From: Candidatus Saccharimonadota bacterium
Lineage (GTDB): Bacteria > Patescibacteriota > Patescibacteriia > 2-12-FULL-60-25
NCBI GenBank assembly: GCA_016699205.1
Contig: CP064964.1
Span: forward strand, 960,001-992,000
Direction of reading: 5' to 3'
DNA length: 32,000 nt
The translations under genes and the position numbers were made by a program. This document shows, piece after piece, positions 17,360-26,910 of this stretch. Every line of letters starts with the position of its first letter. Positions within the stretch are counted from its first letter, which is position 1. The notes below the pieces were generated by a model. That model did not search any database. It saw only the letters and a program-made list of their open reading frames with translations, and had not been told where the DNA came from.

Positions 17360-19150
17360 ATGGGTGCTCCCCTGATCGATACCAAGCGGGATGCGCAGGC
17401 GCATCGGGACGAGTATTTGGCCGCAGCGGCGCGTGTTATCGACTCTGGGGCATATTCTTTAGGGCCAGAAGTGGAGGCGTTTGAGAAGGAGTTTGCGGCG
17501 TTTTTGGGGGTGAAGCATGTCGTTGGGGTTAATGGAGGAACCGAGGCATTGTATGGGTCGTTTTTGGCGCTCGGTATCGGGCCGGGCGATGAAGTGATTC
17601 TTCCGACGAATTCATTTATCGCGACAGCAGAAGCGGTGATGATGGCCGGAGCCAAGCCCGTGTTTTGCGATGTTGATCAAGCGACGCATCTCCTTGATTT
17701 GGGAACATGCGAACGTTTGGTGAATAAAAAAACAAAAGCCATTGTCCCTGTCCATCTGTACGGTTTGGCTTGTGACATGGATGCGGTGATGGCGTTTGCC
17801 GAGAAGTATAAACTCGCCGTTGTTGAGGATGCGTGTCAGGCGCACGGCGCCTATTGGAGCGGGAAACGCGTCGGGTCGTTTGGTGTTACGGGCTGTTTTA
17901 GTTTCTATCCGACAAAAAATCTTGGTGCGATCGGAGAAGGCGGAGCGATCTCAACGAACGATGATTCCATAGCGGAGAAACTGCGTGCGATCCGTTTGCA
18001 TGGAATCATGAAAGAAAAATATCGCCATGATATTTTTGGGACCAATTTGAAGATGGAAGCGCTGCAAGCGGCATTTTTACGTTTGCGGCTAGGCCGATTG
18101 GATGCGGCTAATGCACGCCGTCGGGAAATCGCGCGGGCGTATCGCGCGGGTTTTGCCGGACTGCCGGTTTCATTTCCCGGTGATTTTGGTGATCGACATG
18201 TCTATCATTGGTTTATTTTGGATACGGGACACCGCGAGGCTTTGATGAAATTTTTGTCGGAGCGAGGGATTGGAAACGGGATCCATTATCCGCTACCAAT
18301 CCATCTCCAGCCTTCCATGTTGCGTTGGGGCGGCAAGAAGGGCGATTGTCCGGAGGCGGAAGCGGTGACATCGAGAATTGTTTCTCTGCCGATTTTTCCA
18401 GAGTTGACGGATGATGAAGTGGCGCAGGTTATTTCCGCGGTACGTGATTTTTTTGCCGATAAGCCGCGTATCAGGGCATCAGTACCAATATTGACTTTGA
18501 ATTCTCGTTCTACGATCGAGAGACTGTTACCAAGATTAATACAGAATTTTGACGATGTATTTATAATGGATGGCAATAGTACGGATGGGACGCAAGACTA
18601 TGTGCGTTCTCTTGGTGTACGTGTCGAAAAACAATTTGATCACGATATTCCAAGTTCACGAATTCAAGATTTTGTGCAAATGCGTTTTCGGCTCTGGTCA
18701 AAAGCAAAAAATGATTGGTTGTTTATCATTGATTCAGATGAATTTCCTACGTCGGCTCTCGTGGAGCGTGTTCGGGCTATTATCGCGGGAGATCGTCATG
18801 GGGAGGCGCATCGTTTTTGTCGTTTAGCAAGATTGCCGAATGGACAAATGATCGAACGAGCTACTTTTTATCCGGACTTATATATTCGATTGTTTCGCCA
18901 GTCGGACAAATTAACGTTAGCGAAGAAGAGAGTGCACGAACGGTTTATCGTCCCGAGTGATGTTATTCTAATCGACCATTCAGAAGCGCTGGTGGCGTAT
19001 TGGCCTGAATTATCGGTTTTTGAGGCAAAATCAGAGAAATATTTATCGCTTGACCTTGAATCATCAGTTATCGATTGGAAAACGTTTTGGCGTTGGATAT
19101 TTTGGTATAATATCCGACATGGCTTCGGTATCATTTTCAAATCTTTTTAG
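17360..19150 (+). CDS. DegT/DnrJ/EryC1/StrS-family sugar aminotransferase (N-terminal ~370 aa) fused to a GT2 (WaaE/KdtX-like) glycosyltransferase domain (C-terminal ~220 aa)
   Basis: The N-terminal domain has YSLGPEVEAFEKEFAAFLG, GGTEALYGSFLALGIGPGDEVILPTNSFIATAEAV, VVEDACQAHGA and SFYPTKNLGAIGEGGAI (PLP Lys). The C-terminal domain has VPILTLNSRSTIERLLP...FIMDGNSTDGT...LFIIDSDEF (DxD)...YPDLYIRLFR...VHERF. It is a single uninterrupted 596-aa ORF. Confidence 0.8.
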   Translation: MGAPLIDTKRDAQAHRDEYLAAAARVIDSGAYSLGPEVEAFEKEFAAFLGVKHVVGVNGGTEALYGSFLALGIGPGDEVILPTNSFIATAEAVMMAGAKPVFCDVDQATHLLDLGTCERLVNKKTKAIVPVHLYGLACDMDAVMAFAEKYKLAVVEDACQAHGAYWSGKRVGSFGVTGCFSFYPTKNLGAIGEGGAISTNDDSIAEKLRAIRLHGIMKEKYRHDIFGTNLKMEALQAAFLRLRLGRLDAANARRREIARAYRAGFAGLPVSFPGDFGDRHVYHWFILDTGHREALMKFLSERGIGNGIHYPLPIHLQPSMLRWGGKKGDCPEAEAVTSRIVSLPIFPELTDDEVAQVISAVRDFFADKPRIRASVPILTLNSRSTIERLLPRLIQNFDDVFIMDGNSTDGTQDYVRSLGVRVEKQFDHDIPSSRIQDFVQMRFRLWSKAKNDWLFIIDSDEFPTSALVERVRAIIAGDRHGEAHRFCRLARLPNGQMIERATFYPDLYIRLFRQSDKLTLAKKRVHERFIVPSDVILIDHSEALVAYWPELSVFEAKSEKYLSLDLESSVIDWKTFWRWIFWYNIRHGFGIIFKSF

Positions 19151-19270
19151 TGAGATGTCTCGCATATATCCAAGGTAAAATTGTCACGCCATGGGCCTAC
19201 GAGCGAGTATTTTTGGTTTACAAGTATCGTATCGTGAAGGGTTATTGGCACCGGTTAAATCAAAATCCGT

Positions 19271-20050
19271 ATGAGCGACATTCAACGCAAACAAGACGAT
19301 TGGAAATGGCAATGGGAGCGCTATGAGGATAAAGAGCGCTGGTTGTTTCATGATTGGATTTTTCCTAACACGTTGGAGGCTTTTCGTGGAAAGCGTGTTT
19401 TGGATGCGGGTTGCGGCGGTGGTCAGCACACTTCATTTGTCGCACCATATGCGGCGGAGATTGTGGCGGCTGATCTGAATGCACTCGATGTCGCCAAGGA
19501 ACGTACCAAGCAGTTTACCAATATCCAGTACGTTGAAGGGGATATTGCCAAGATTACATTTGATCAACTTTTTGATATCGTTTATTGCGTCGGCGTTATC
19601 CATCACACGGATGATCCGGACGCGACGTTCAAGAATTTGGCGAGTCTCACCAAGCCCGGCGGAAGAACGATTATTTGGTGCTACTCATATGAGGGAAATT
19701 TCTTGAACCGAGTGTTTGTCGAGGGTGCGAAGCGCTTGATTCTCATGCGCTTGCCTAAACCCGCTTTGAGAATGTTTTCAAAAATCATGACAGCGTTGGT
19801 TTATATTCCGGTGTATACGATTTACTTTTTGCCGCTGCCTTTTCTTCCGTATTACGAGTACTTCCAGAATTGGCGCAAACTTTCTTTTGAGCGCAATGAT
19901 TTGAACGTGTTTGATAAGCTGAATGCTCCACAGACAGACTTTATTAAAAAGGAACGCGCAGAGCGTTGGTTTACGGAGAACGGATATCGCGATATCTCTG
20001 TCACGCCCTATGTAGGCGTGAGTTGGCGGGCGTCGGGGACCAAGACGTAG
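19271..20050 (+). CDS. Class I SAM-dependent methyltransferase
   Basis: Has VLDAGCGGGQHTSFV (motif I), AADLN, FDIVYCVGVIHHTDDP and LTKPGGRTIIW. Confidence 0.85.
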   Translation: MSDIQRKQDDWKWQWERYEDKERWLFHDWIFPNTLEAFRGKRVLDAGCGGGQHTSFVAPYAAEIVAADLNALDVAKERTKQFTNIQYVEGDIAKITFDQLFDIVYCVGVIHHTDDPDATFKNLASLTKPGGRTIIWCYSYEGNFLNRVFVEGAKRLILMRLPKPALRMFSKIMTALVYIPVYTIYFLPLPFLPYYEYFQNWRKLSFERNDLNVFDKLNAPQTDFIKKERAERWFTENGYRDISVTPYVGVSWRASGTKT

Positions 20051-20055
20051 CTATT

Positions 20056-20799
20056 ATGGAACAACCCGTCGGATCTTTAACGTTTAATCCCGCGATATCA
20101 AAAGCGATGGGGTATCAGCGTTGGATTTTTGATTTGATGAAGCCCGTGATCGGGCTTCATGTCCTCGAGATTGGGGTTGGATCAGCGCCATTTGTAGGAT
20201 TGTATTCTGGAATTCGTCGATGGTATCCGTGCGACATTGATTCGAAAAGCGTGGCGCGCGCTCTTGAAATTGGTACCTCTGCTTTACCAGGAGTACAAAT
20301 CAAGGGTTATGTAGGCGATGCTGGTTCTGATGCTTTTTGGGATCAGCTCAGTGAGTCCGAGCCCGATACGGTGATCGCTGTAAATGTCATGGAGCATGTG
20401 AAGGACGATGCGCTTTTCCTTAGGCGAATCTATCAAGTGTTTGACCGATCTGGTTCTGGAAGTGTCGGTCTATTTGTTCCTGCGCTACCATTTATTTATG
20501 GCAGTATGGATGCTTCGGCGGGTCACTATCGACGATATACAAGGTCCGGGCTTATGAAGCTTTGCCAGGATGCTGGATTTGTTGTCGAGCACATTCAGTA
20601 TGTTAATTTTCCAGGGATTTTTTATTGGTGGTGGCGTGGAAAGATAAGAAAAACACGAGATCTCGCTGATCCCGGCTTAGAAAATAGTATTTCTAAAATA
20701 GATCAGTACGCCGTTCCTATTATCCGTTTCTTTGAAGATCGTGTCCCTCCACCCATTGGACAATCTTTAGTAATTCGGCTAAAGAGGGTATCAGTATGA
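20056..20799 (+). CDS. Class I SAM-dependent methyltransferase
   Basis: Has VLEIGVGSAPFVG, PDTVIAVNVMEHVKDD and a C-terminal region. ATG 20056 (MEQPVGSL) is preferred to the listed 19966 start, which overlaps the upstream gene. Confidence 0.8.
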   Translation: MEQPVGSLTFNPAISKAMGYQRWIFDLMKPVIGLHVLEIGVGSAPFVGLYSGIRRWYPCDIDSKSVARALEIGTSALPGVQIKGYVGDAGSDAFWDQLSESEPDTVIAVNVMEHVKDDALFLRRIYQVFDRSGSGSVGLFVPALPFIYGSMDASAGHYRRYTRSGLMKLCQDAGFVVEHIQYVNFPGIFYWWWRGKIRKTRDLADPGLENSISKIDQYAVPIIRFFEDRVPPPIGQSLVIRLKRVSV

Positions 20800-21659
20800 A
20801 ATCACTTTCGGTCATCATTCCGGCACTAAATGAAGCAGATGGAATTGCTCCTACGCTCGACCGAATCAAGGCCGTTGCCCAAGTCCAAGGATGGGATTTG
20901 GAGCTGATTGTTGTTGATGATGGCAGCAAGGATGGGACTGGGGATAAGGCTCGGGAAGCAGGCGCGACTGTTATCCGGCATCCCACGAACGGGGGATACG
21001 GCTTGTCTTTGCAGGATGGAATCCGTCTTGCGAAGCATCCGTTGGTTGCGATTACGGATGCAGACGGTACCTATCCGATCGAAGAGCTGCCAAAGCTGTA
21101 CTCGATGGTTGCGGACGAGGGTTACGATATGGCTGTTGGTGCTAGAACCGGTACGGAGTATAAAAAGGGACTGCTCAAATATCCGGCACGCATCATGTTC
21201 CGATTACTTGCCGAATATGTCGCGGGACGTCGTATCCCGGATATCAATTCTGGTTTGCGCGTCATGCGCCGCGAGAAATTACTGCCGCATCTCTCGCGAA
21301 CCTGTCTTGGATTTTCTTTCACGACATCGATCACGCTGATTTTTTTCTTGAACGGCTTTTTTGTCGGATACACGCCGATCAATTATGCGGTGCGTATGGG
21401 TAAGAGCAAGGTGCGTCACATTAAAGATACGCTACGTACGACGCAGATTATGGTGTCAGTGATTGCGCACTATAATCCATTGAAATTGTTTTTGCTGATC
21501 GCGCTTTTCTGTTTGCTCGCTGCATTGGTTGCGGTGTTTTTGGGATGGCTGATCGGTAGCACGTGGCTAGGATGGGTTTCAGCTGTATTAGTTGGCGCTG
21601 CTCCGATCTGTTTTGCTGTGGGTTGTTTGTCTGAAGGTGTAAGACTTTCGTCGACTTAA
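20796..21659 (+). CDS. GT2 glycosyltransferase with C-terminal transmembrane helices (GtrB/ArnC/Dpm1-like polyprenol-phosphate glycosyltransferase)
   Basis: Has LSVIIPALNEADGI...LIVVDDGSKDGT...AITDADGTYP, followed by two hydrophobic C-terminal segments (LFLLIALFCLLAALVAVFLGWLIG and VSAVLVGAAPICFAVGCL). ATGA overlap with the upstream gene. Confidence 0.85.
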   Translation: MKSLSVIIPALNEADGIAPTLDRIKAVAQVQGWDLELIVVDDGSKDGTGDKAREAGATVIRHPTNGGYGLSLQDGIRLAKHPLVAITDADGTYPIEELPKLYSMVADEGYDMAVGARTGTEYKKGLLKYPARIMFRLLAEYVAGRRIPDINSGLRVMRREKLLPHLSRTCLGFSFTTSITLIFFLNGFFVGYTPINYAVRMGKSKVRHIKDTLRTTQIMVSVIAHYNPLKLFLLIALFCLLAALVAVFLGWLIGSTWLGWVSAVLVGAAPICFAVGCLSEGVRLSST

Positions 21660-22399
21660 ATTTTTCTCCACTGGGCGACCAGCATTCCTGATGCGAATCG
21701 TTTTGAGAAAATGGGCGACAGCCACTTTTCTAGTTTGAACAAGAAGGGCGATAGTATCGTTTTTAATTTCTTTGGCATTCTCCAGACCATGGAATTCAGA
21801 ACAAATATGTACGCCGGACCACCGATATACGTACAAGATATCTCTTGGAAATGTCCTGACGATTTTTGAAGAAGTTCCTCGTAATTGATCGCCTCTTCAT
21901 TTTCTTCGAAGAGATTATCGATGCTGTACCACATTTTGCGAATGATGTTCAGGAACGATTTGTCATGCGGTTCGGCAAAACACAATATTCCATTTGGCCT
22001 CAGTAATCGATGAAATTCCTTAATCCCTTCCATCGTGTGCGGCGGAAGGTGATGCAACCCGCCCACAATACAGATTACGTCGTAGGTGTTTGCAGGTAGG
22101 TTGGTTTTGGTTGCAGAGGCATGCACGGTGCGTGTTTGCGGGCGTTTTTCTTGATAGATGCTTAGTGCATTGCTAGAGATATCCAAAGCGGTAATACTAG
22201 CGTGGTTCCTAACAAGAAAGTCTCCGCAAGCTCCGGAGCCGCACATGGCCTCCATAACTTCTTTACCCGCCAGATCGATGTTTTTAAACAGATGCGGGTT
22301 TAAAAATTCCTCACGATATTTCTCGCTTTCAGCGTCGTGATAGTGGCTGTCGTATAGCGAGATAATGTTGTCGTAGTGCGCTTCCTGGGAGGATTCCAT
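21656..22399 (-). CDS. Class I SAM-dependent methyltransferase
   Basis: Has VMEAMCGSGACGDFL (motif I), ALDIS, YDVICIVGGLHHLP and LLRPNGILCFAEP. Its stop overlaps the stop of the convergent GT2 gene (TTAA 21656-21659). Confidence 0.8.
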   Translation of the reverse strand: MESSQEAHYDNIISLYDSHYHDAESEKYREEFLNPHLFKNIDLAGKEVMEAMCGSGACGDFLVRNHASITALDISSNALSIYQEKRPQTRTVHASATKTNLPANTYDVICIVGGLHHLPPHTMEGIKEFHRLLRPNGILCFAEPHDKSFLNIIRKMWYSIDNLFEENEEAINYEELLQKSSGHFQEISCTYIGGPAYIFVLNSMVWRMPKKLKTILSPFLFKLEKWLSPIFSKRFASGMLVAQWRKI

Positions 22400-22436
22400 A
22401 GATGTATGATTATTATGCTGTATTGATTTTTTGTCT

Positions 22437-23831
22437 ATGTTCCAACGATTACATGCCTTCGGCTTTGTTCGAATGAAGTATTTTGTGCTTTTGCTCGCTT
22501 TGATCGTTGGTTCGTATTACATCATTGCAAGTCCTGGTGTTTTGGAGGCAGACGCATCTCAATATCATGAAATGGCGCTCGGATTGACCTCTGGGCAGGG
22601 TTTTATTTTGGAGGGTGAAGTCAGTATGGAGCGCGAGCCATTGTATCCGTTGTTTCGGGCCGGATTATTGATGCTTGGCATAGATGTATCTGGCATCCTG
22701 TGGGTACAGCTTGCGTTTTTGATCTTTGCGCTTTGGGTTTTTATGCTCGTACTTGAGCGATTTTCCCATGCTCAGGCGCTTTGGAGCGGGGCGATCGCGG
22801 CTGTATATCCAGGATTCATGATTTGGCCATCTCTTCATCTTTCTGAAAGTCTATCCATTTTTCTTTTAGCAATTTTTTGTTATTTGTATGATCGTGCTTT
22901 GTCGCATGATGCTGCCCTACGTCAATCATGGTGGAAATTCTGCATGTTGGGTATTGTCTGCGGTTTACTGATATTAACCAAGGCTGCATATCTTCTTTTG
23001 CCAATCGTTATTGTTATCGCTATCTGTTTTCAAAGCAAAGTCGCGAAGCTCGCTAAGGCTTCACTATTTTTTGTTTTGGTTTTGGCGGTATTAATGCCAT
23101 GGCTGTATCGTAATCATGTGCGTTTTGATCGATGGAGTATCACGAATCGATCCGGATGGATGGTTTATGCGCGTGGTATCAAGACGGAGTTTTCTTGGGG
23201 GCAGCTATTGCAAACCGGTGCTTCAGTTCTAGTTGGGGAGTCTGTTTTAGTCTGGCTCGATCCAGAAGCTCGGCCGATCGTTCGTCAACAATGGGTTGAG
23301 CCGCTCCAATCTGTTATTGCGATGAGAAAAGAGGGTGTTTCCTATGTTGAAATCGATCGGGTATTTATGGAACGCGGAAAAGAAAAACTGTTTTCACATC
23401 CGGCAAACTTGCTGCGTTATGCCGCTTGGATACCAATTGAGACGGTACGGTTGCTCGCTTTTGTGTCGCCGCGTTCGCCGCTTTTTAATGTCGAGCAAAT
23501 GTTTATCGTTGAAGCGCGCGCAGAGGCACTTTCTTGGTTCAAAATTGTTCTGCTTGCTGTTTTACATTTTTTTCAGTTCGTTTGGATTGTCTCGATTTTT
23601 ACCGGGTTGGTTATTCTTCTGCGACGAGGTCTGTTCTTTCAAATCAATATAGTGCTCGTATTGTATACGATTGGGATTTATGTTTTATTCGATTCCATCG
23701 CGCGTTACAGTGCTCCTGTTTTTCCGTTATTGGTTAGCTTGGCTTGCGTTGGTTTTGGTTGGCATGTCTCAGGTTTGAAAACGTTTTCTCGCTTTTTAAG
23801 CAAGCTGGCTTTTTTAAAGCCAGCGCGCTAG
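22437..23831 (+). CDS. Polytopic membrane glycosyltransferase, GT-C fold (ArnT/PMT-like)
   Basis: About 465 aa, hydrophobic throughout. An early loop (EADASQYHEMALGLTSGQGF...EREPLYPLF) resembles the first extracytoplasmic loop of ArnT/PMT-type enzymes. The start is ambiguous: TTG 22431, ATG 22437 or ATG 22473. Confidence 0.65.
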   Translation: MFQRLHAFGFVRMKYFVLLLALIVGSYYIIASPGVLEADASQYHEMALGLTSGQGFILEGEVSMEREPLYPLFRAGLLMLGIDVSGILWVQLAFLIFALWVFMLVLERFSHAQALWSGAIAAVYPGFMIWPSLHLSESLSIFLLAIFCYLYDRALSHDAALRQSWWKFCMLGIVCGLLILTKAAYLLLPIVIVIAICFQSKVAKLAKASLFFVLVLAVLMPWLYRNHVRFDRWSITNRSGWMVYARGIKTEFSWGQLLQTGASVLVGESVLVWLDPEARPIVRQQWVEPLQSVIAMRKEGVSYVEIDRVFMERGKEKLFSHPANLLRYAAWIPIETVRLLAFVSPRSPLFNVEQMFIVEARAEALSWFKIVLLAVLHFFQFVWIVSIFTGLVILLRRGLFFQINIVLVLYTIGIYVLFDSIARYSAPVFPLLVSLACVGFGWHVSGLKTFSRFLSKLAFLKPAR

Positions 23832-23844
23832 GATCGTTGGAACT

Positions 23845-25059
23845 ATGAAAATTGCGATGGTGACTGACAGTTTGTATCCATGGGTGGGCGGGTCAGAAAC
23901 GGCGATTCGTATGCATGTAAAGACGATGCGATCCATGGGGCACGACGTGCGCGTCTATGGTCTTTTTGATCAAGTCGAGTCACCTGGCGAGGATGTACCT
24001 ACGATAAAAGTTTCGAGCCGCTGGATGGGTCTTCCGCTTAAGATCTATGGACGATATCGAAATTTACGACGTGAATTATTGTCTTTTAAACCCGATGTGA
24101 TCAATGCCCATTTTATGCTCCAATCCGGATGGGCCGGTGTCGCTTGCGGGAAGTCCTTGGGTATTCCGACGGTAGTAAGTGTGCGAGGTAAAGGTGTTTT
24201 TTATCGGCCGAAAAGCTGGCTCGAGGTTCTGGCGTTCCCGATCTTTCGTCACCGCTCATTAACCGCAGACGCGATGCTTGCGACAAGCGAAGAGATGGCG
24301 GATATGGTGTTATGGCGGTGGGGCTTTAAGCCAACGCCGCTTGCTAATGGTGTTGAGACGCATCTTTTTCATCCGGACGTTGATGGCTCTTCCATACGGC
24401 GCGAACTTGGTTTGGAGGGTAAGCGTGTTATTTTCTGCGCGCGAAGGTTGGTTGTTAAAAATGGTATTCAGTATCTCGTAAAGGCATTGCCCAGGATCGC
24501 AAAAGCAGTGCCTGATGTGCAGCTTGTACTCGCTGCTCCAAAAGAACGTGAGTATGAAAATTTGATTGCTGATGCTAAGCAGCTGGGTGTTTTTGATCGG
24601 ATGCATTTTGTCGGACAAGTTGATCACGATGTGCTGCCTCAGTACTTTGCGATGGCTGACGTCGTTGTTCAGCCGTCGCTCGCTGAAGCGAGGAGTTTGT
24701 CGTGTCTTGAGGCGATGGCATCTGGCAGTGCTATCGTTGCTACTGCTACAGGTGGATTGGCCGAGTTGTTAACGCATCGTCTCGATGGATATCTTGTCCC
24801 GCCGTTTGAGCCGAGTACGTATCATGTTTCGGCCCCAAAAGAAGAAGGTGTGCAGAATCTCGCGGCTGCAGTGATTGAAGTTTTGTCGGATGATGTGTTG
24901 CGAGCCTCCCTTGAGAAAAACGCGCGAGAATCGAGTTTGCAATACGATTGGTCTCAGACTTCTACGCGTACGCTTGAGATTTATCAGCAGGCAATGAAGA
25001 TTCATGAGCAGGGTGGCCGTCGGTACAGCTGGTGGTCCTATTTTGGGTTTGATCGCTAA
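23845..25059 (+). CDS. GT4 glycosyltransferase
   Basis: Starts MKIAMVTDSLYPWVGGSETAIRMHVKTMRSMGHDVRVYG. The C-terminal core reads VQPSLAEARSLSCLEAMASGSAIVATATGGLAELLTHRLDGYLV. Confidence 0.85.
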   Translation: MKIAMVTDSLYPWVGGSETAIRMHVKTMRSMGHDVRVYGLFDQVESPGEDVPTIKVSSRWMGLPLKIYGRYRNLRRELLSFKPDVINAHFMLQSGWAGVACGKSLGIPTVVSVRGKGVFYRPKSWLEVLAFPIFRHRSLTADAMLATSEEMADMVLWRWGFKPTPLANGVETHLFHPDVDGSSIRRELGLEGKRVIFCARRLVVKNGIQYLVKALPRIAKAVPDVQLVLAAPKEREYENLIADAKQLGVFDRMHFVGQVDHDVLPQYFAMADVVVQPSLAEARSLSCLEAMASGSAIVATATGGLAELLTHRLDGYLVPPFEPSTYHVSAPKEEGVQNLAAAVIEVLSDDVLRASLEKNARESSLQYDWSQTSTRTLEIYQQAMKIHEQGGRRYSWWSYFGFDR

Positions 25060-25061
25060 CT

Positions 25062-26910
25062 ATGTGCGGGATTGCCGGCAAAGTTGGGCCTGGCATCGGC
25101 CATGATCATCAAGATGATGTTTTGAAGGCCGCGCAACTCGTTTCGTATCGAGGGCCGAATGGCTGTCATGTTGATACGGTGCCTGGCGCCTCTTTTTCTC
25201 AGGCGCGCTTATCAATTATCGATTTGCATCAACGATCCGATCAGCCTTTTTTGGTCGTCGGATCGTCGTTACATGATGGTTTATAACGGTGAAATTTATA
25301 ACTACCTCGGAGTTACGCTCCGGAGCTTGTTGCCTTGGGTTGGACGTTCCGTACAGAAGGCGATACAGAGGTCGTTATTGCTGCATATCAACAGTGGGGA
25401 GATGCTTGTTGGAATCGTATGAACGGAATGTGGGCGGTGGCGATTTGGGATACAGGGACCCATTCGTTAACGCTTAGTCGTGACAGGTTTGGCGTCAAGC
25501 CCCTCTACTACTCTCTCGCTGGGGATTCTCTAGTCTTTGGTTCGGAAATAAAGCAGGTGCAGCAATTAATTGGTTGGACGCCTGATCCGAATTGGAGAGA
25601 GGTGTTACTCATGCTGGATCGAAGGAACATCAATAAACGTGAAACGGTTTTTCTTGATATCTATCAGCTTGAAAATGGGTCTTTGCTAACCTATCGATTG
25701 GATGACGAGTCGAGACCTGTTTTGCGTCCTTGGTATGCGATGTCTACGCAGTCGACGGAATTAGCTTACGGTTGATGCGACGGTGCAGCGCTTCCGCGAG
25801 TTATTTATCGATAGTGTGCGTTTACGCTTACGTAGCGATGTTCCGGTTGGAATTTGCTTGTCAGGTGGGTTAGATTCGAGCGCGATTGCTTGTGTTATGG
25901 CGCGTGAACTTGGAGTTACGCCGCACGCGTTCAGCGTTGTTTACCAGGATCCTCGGTATTCGGAGGAGCGCTATATGGATGCCGTGGTTGCACATACGGG
26001 AGCCAATGGCGAAAAGATTTTTCCCTCCGGACAACAGTTTATTGAATCTATTCAGAAAATCGTTTGGCATCACGATGAGCCGCTTCAGATGCCAGGCACA
26101 TTCTCGCAGTGGGGGGTTATGTCTTTAGCTGGTAAATCCGTACGCGTTGTGCTTGATGGACAAGGCGGGGATGAAGTTGCTGGAGGTTATCCTTCTTTTC
26201 ACCCGGCCCTTTTTAGAGGTCTTGTTCGGGATCTTGTGTCTTCACGTGCGGCGAGTGCGTATCGTGAGATTGTCGAGATTGTTCAGGTGCAAGGTGAATA
26301 TGGTTCATCGCTTAAGCATTTAATCGGCGAGTCTCTATTTCCGAGCACTAAACTGCCAAGCCGCACGTTGCGTTTATTAACTAAACAATATGCAACGCGC
26401 ATATCGGGCACGCAGATCGCGCTCTCCTTCCGTGATGCCTTAGCAACGGAAATGTACAGGCAATTTGATCTGGAAAATTTGCCTATGCTTCTCAAGTATG
26501 AAGATCGGATTAGTATGGCGCACTCTATTGAGTCGCGTGCTCCATTTATGGACTATCGATTAGTCGAATTTTGCTTTGGCCTGCCCTATCAATACAAGAT
26601 AAAGGGTTCGAGCATGAAATGGATTTTACGGCAGGCGCTGCAAGATTTGTTGCCAGCTGCCGTCCGCGATCGCCGGGATAAAAAAGGATTCCCAACGCCG
26701 CTAGCTGAATGGATGAAGCGTGATGTGGGCGCGTGGATGCGTTCTCAAGTTGGTCAGGCTTTTGAAGTTCGACCAGAGCTGCGAGAGATTTTTCAGCCTG
26801 AGGAAATTGACCGGTGTTTTGTTGAGCATCAAACCGGACGTGCTAATCACGAAAGGATTTTGTTTCGTGTTTTTACGACGATGCTTTGGTATCGTCAGTG
26901 GTATTCCTAG
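25062..26910 (+). pseudogene. asnB: Asparagine synthase-family amidotransferase, paralog 2, with four +1 frame breaks
   Basis: Four ORF pieces (25062.., 25159.., 25335.., 25783..) concatenate to MCGIAG...RLSIIDL...QPF[W/L]SSDRRYMMVYNGEIYNY.ELRSELVALGWTFRTEGDTEVV...RDRFGVKPLYY...DATVQRFRELFIDSVRLRLRSDVPVGICLSGGLDSS.... The breaks are near 25247-25253, 25306-25310, 25322 and 25770-25771. Confidence 0.85.
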
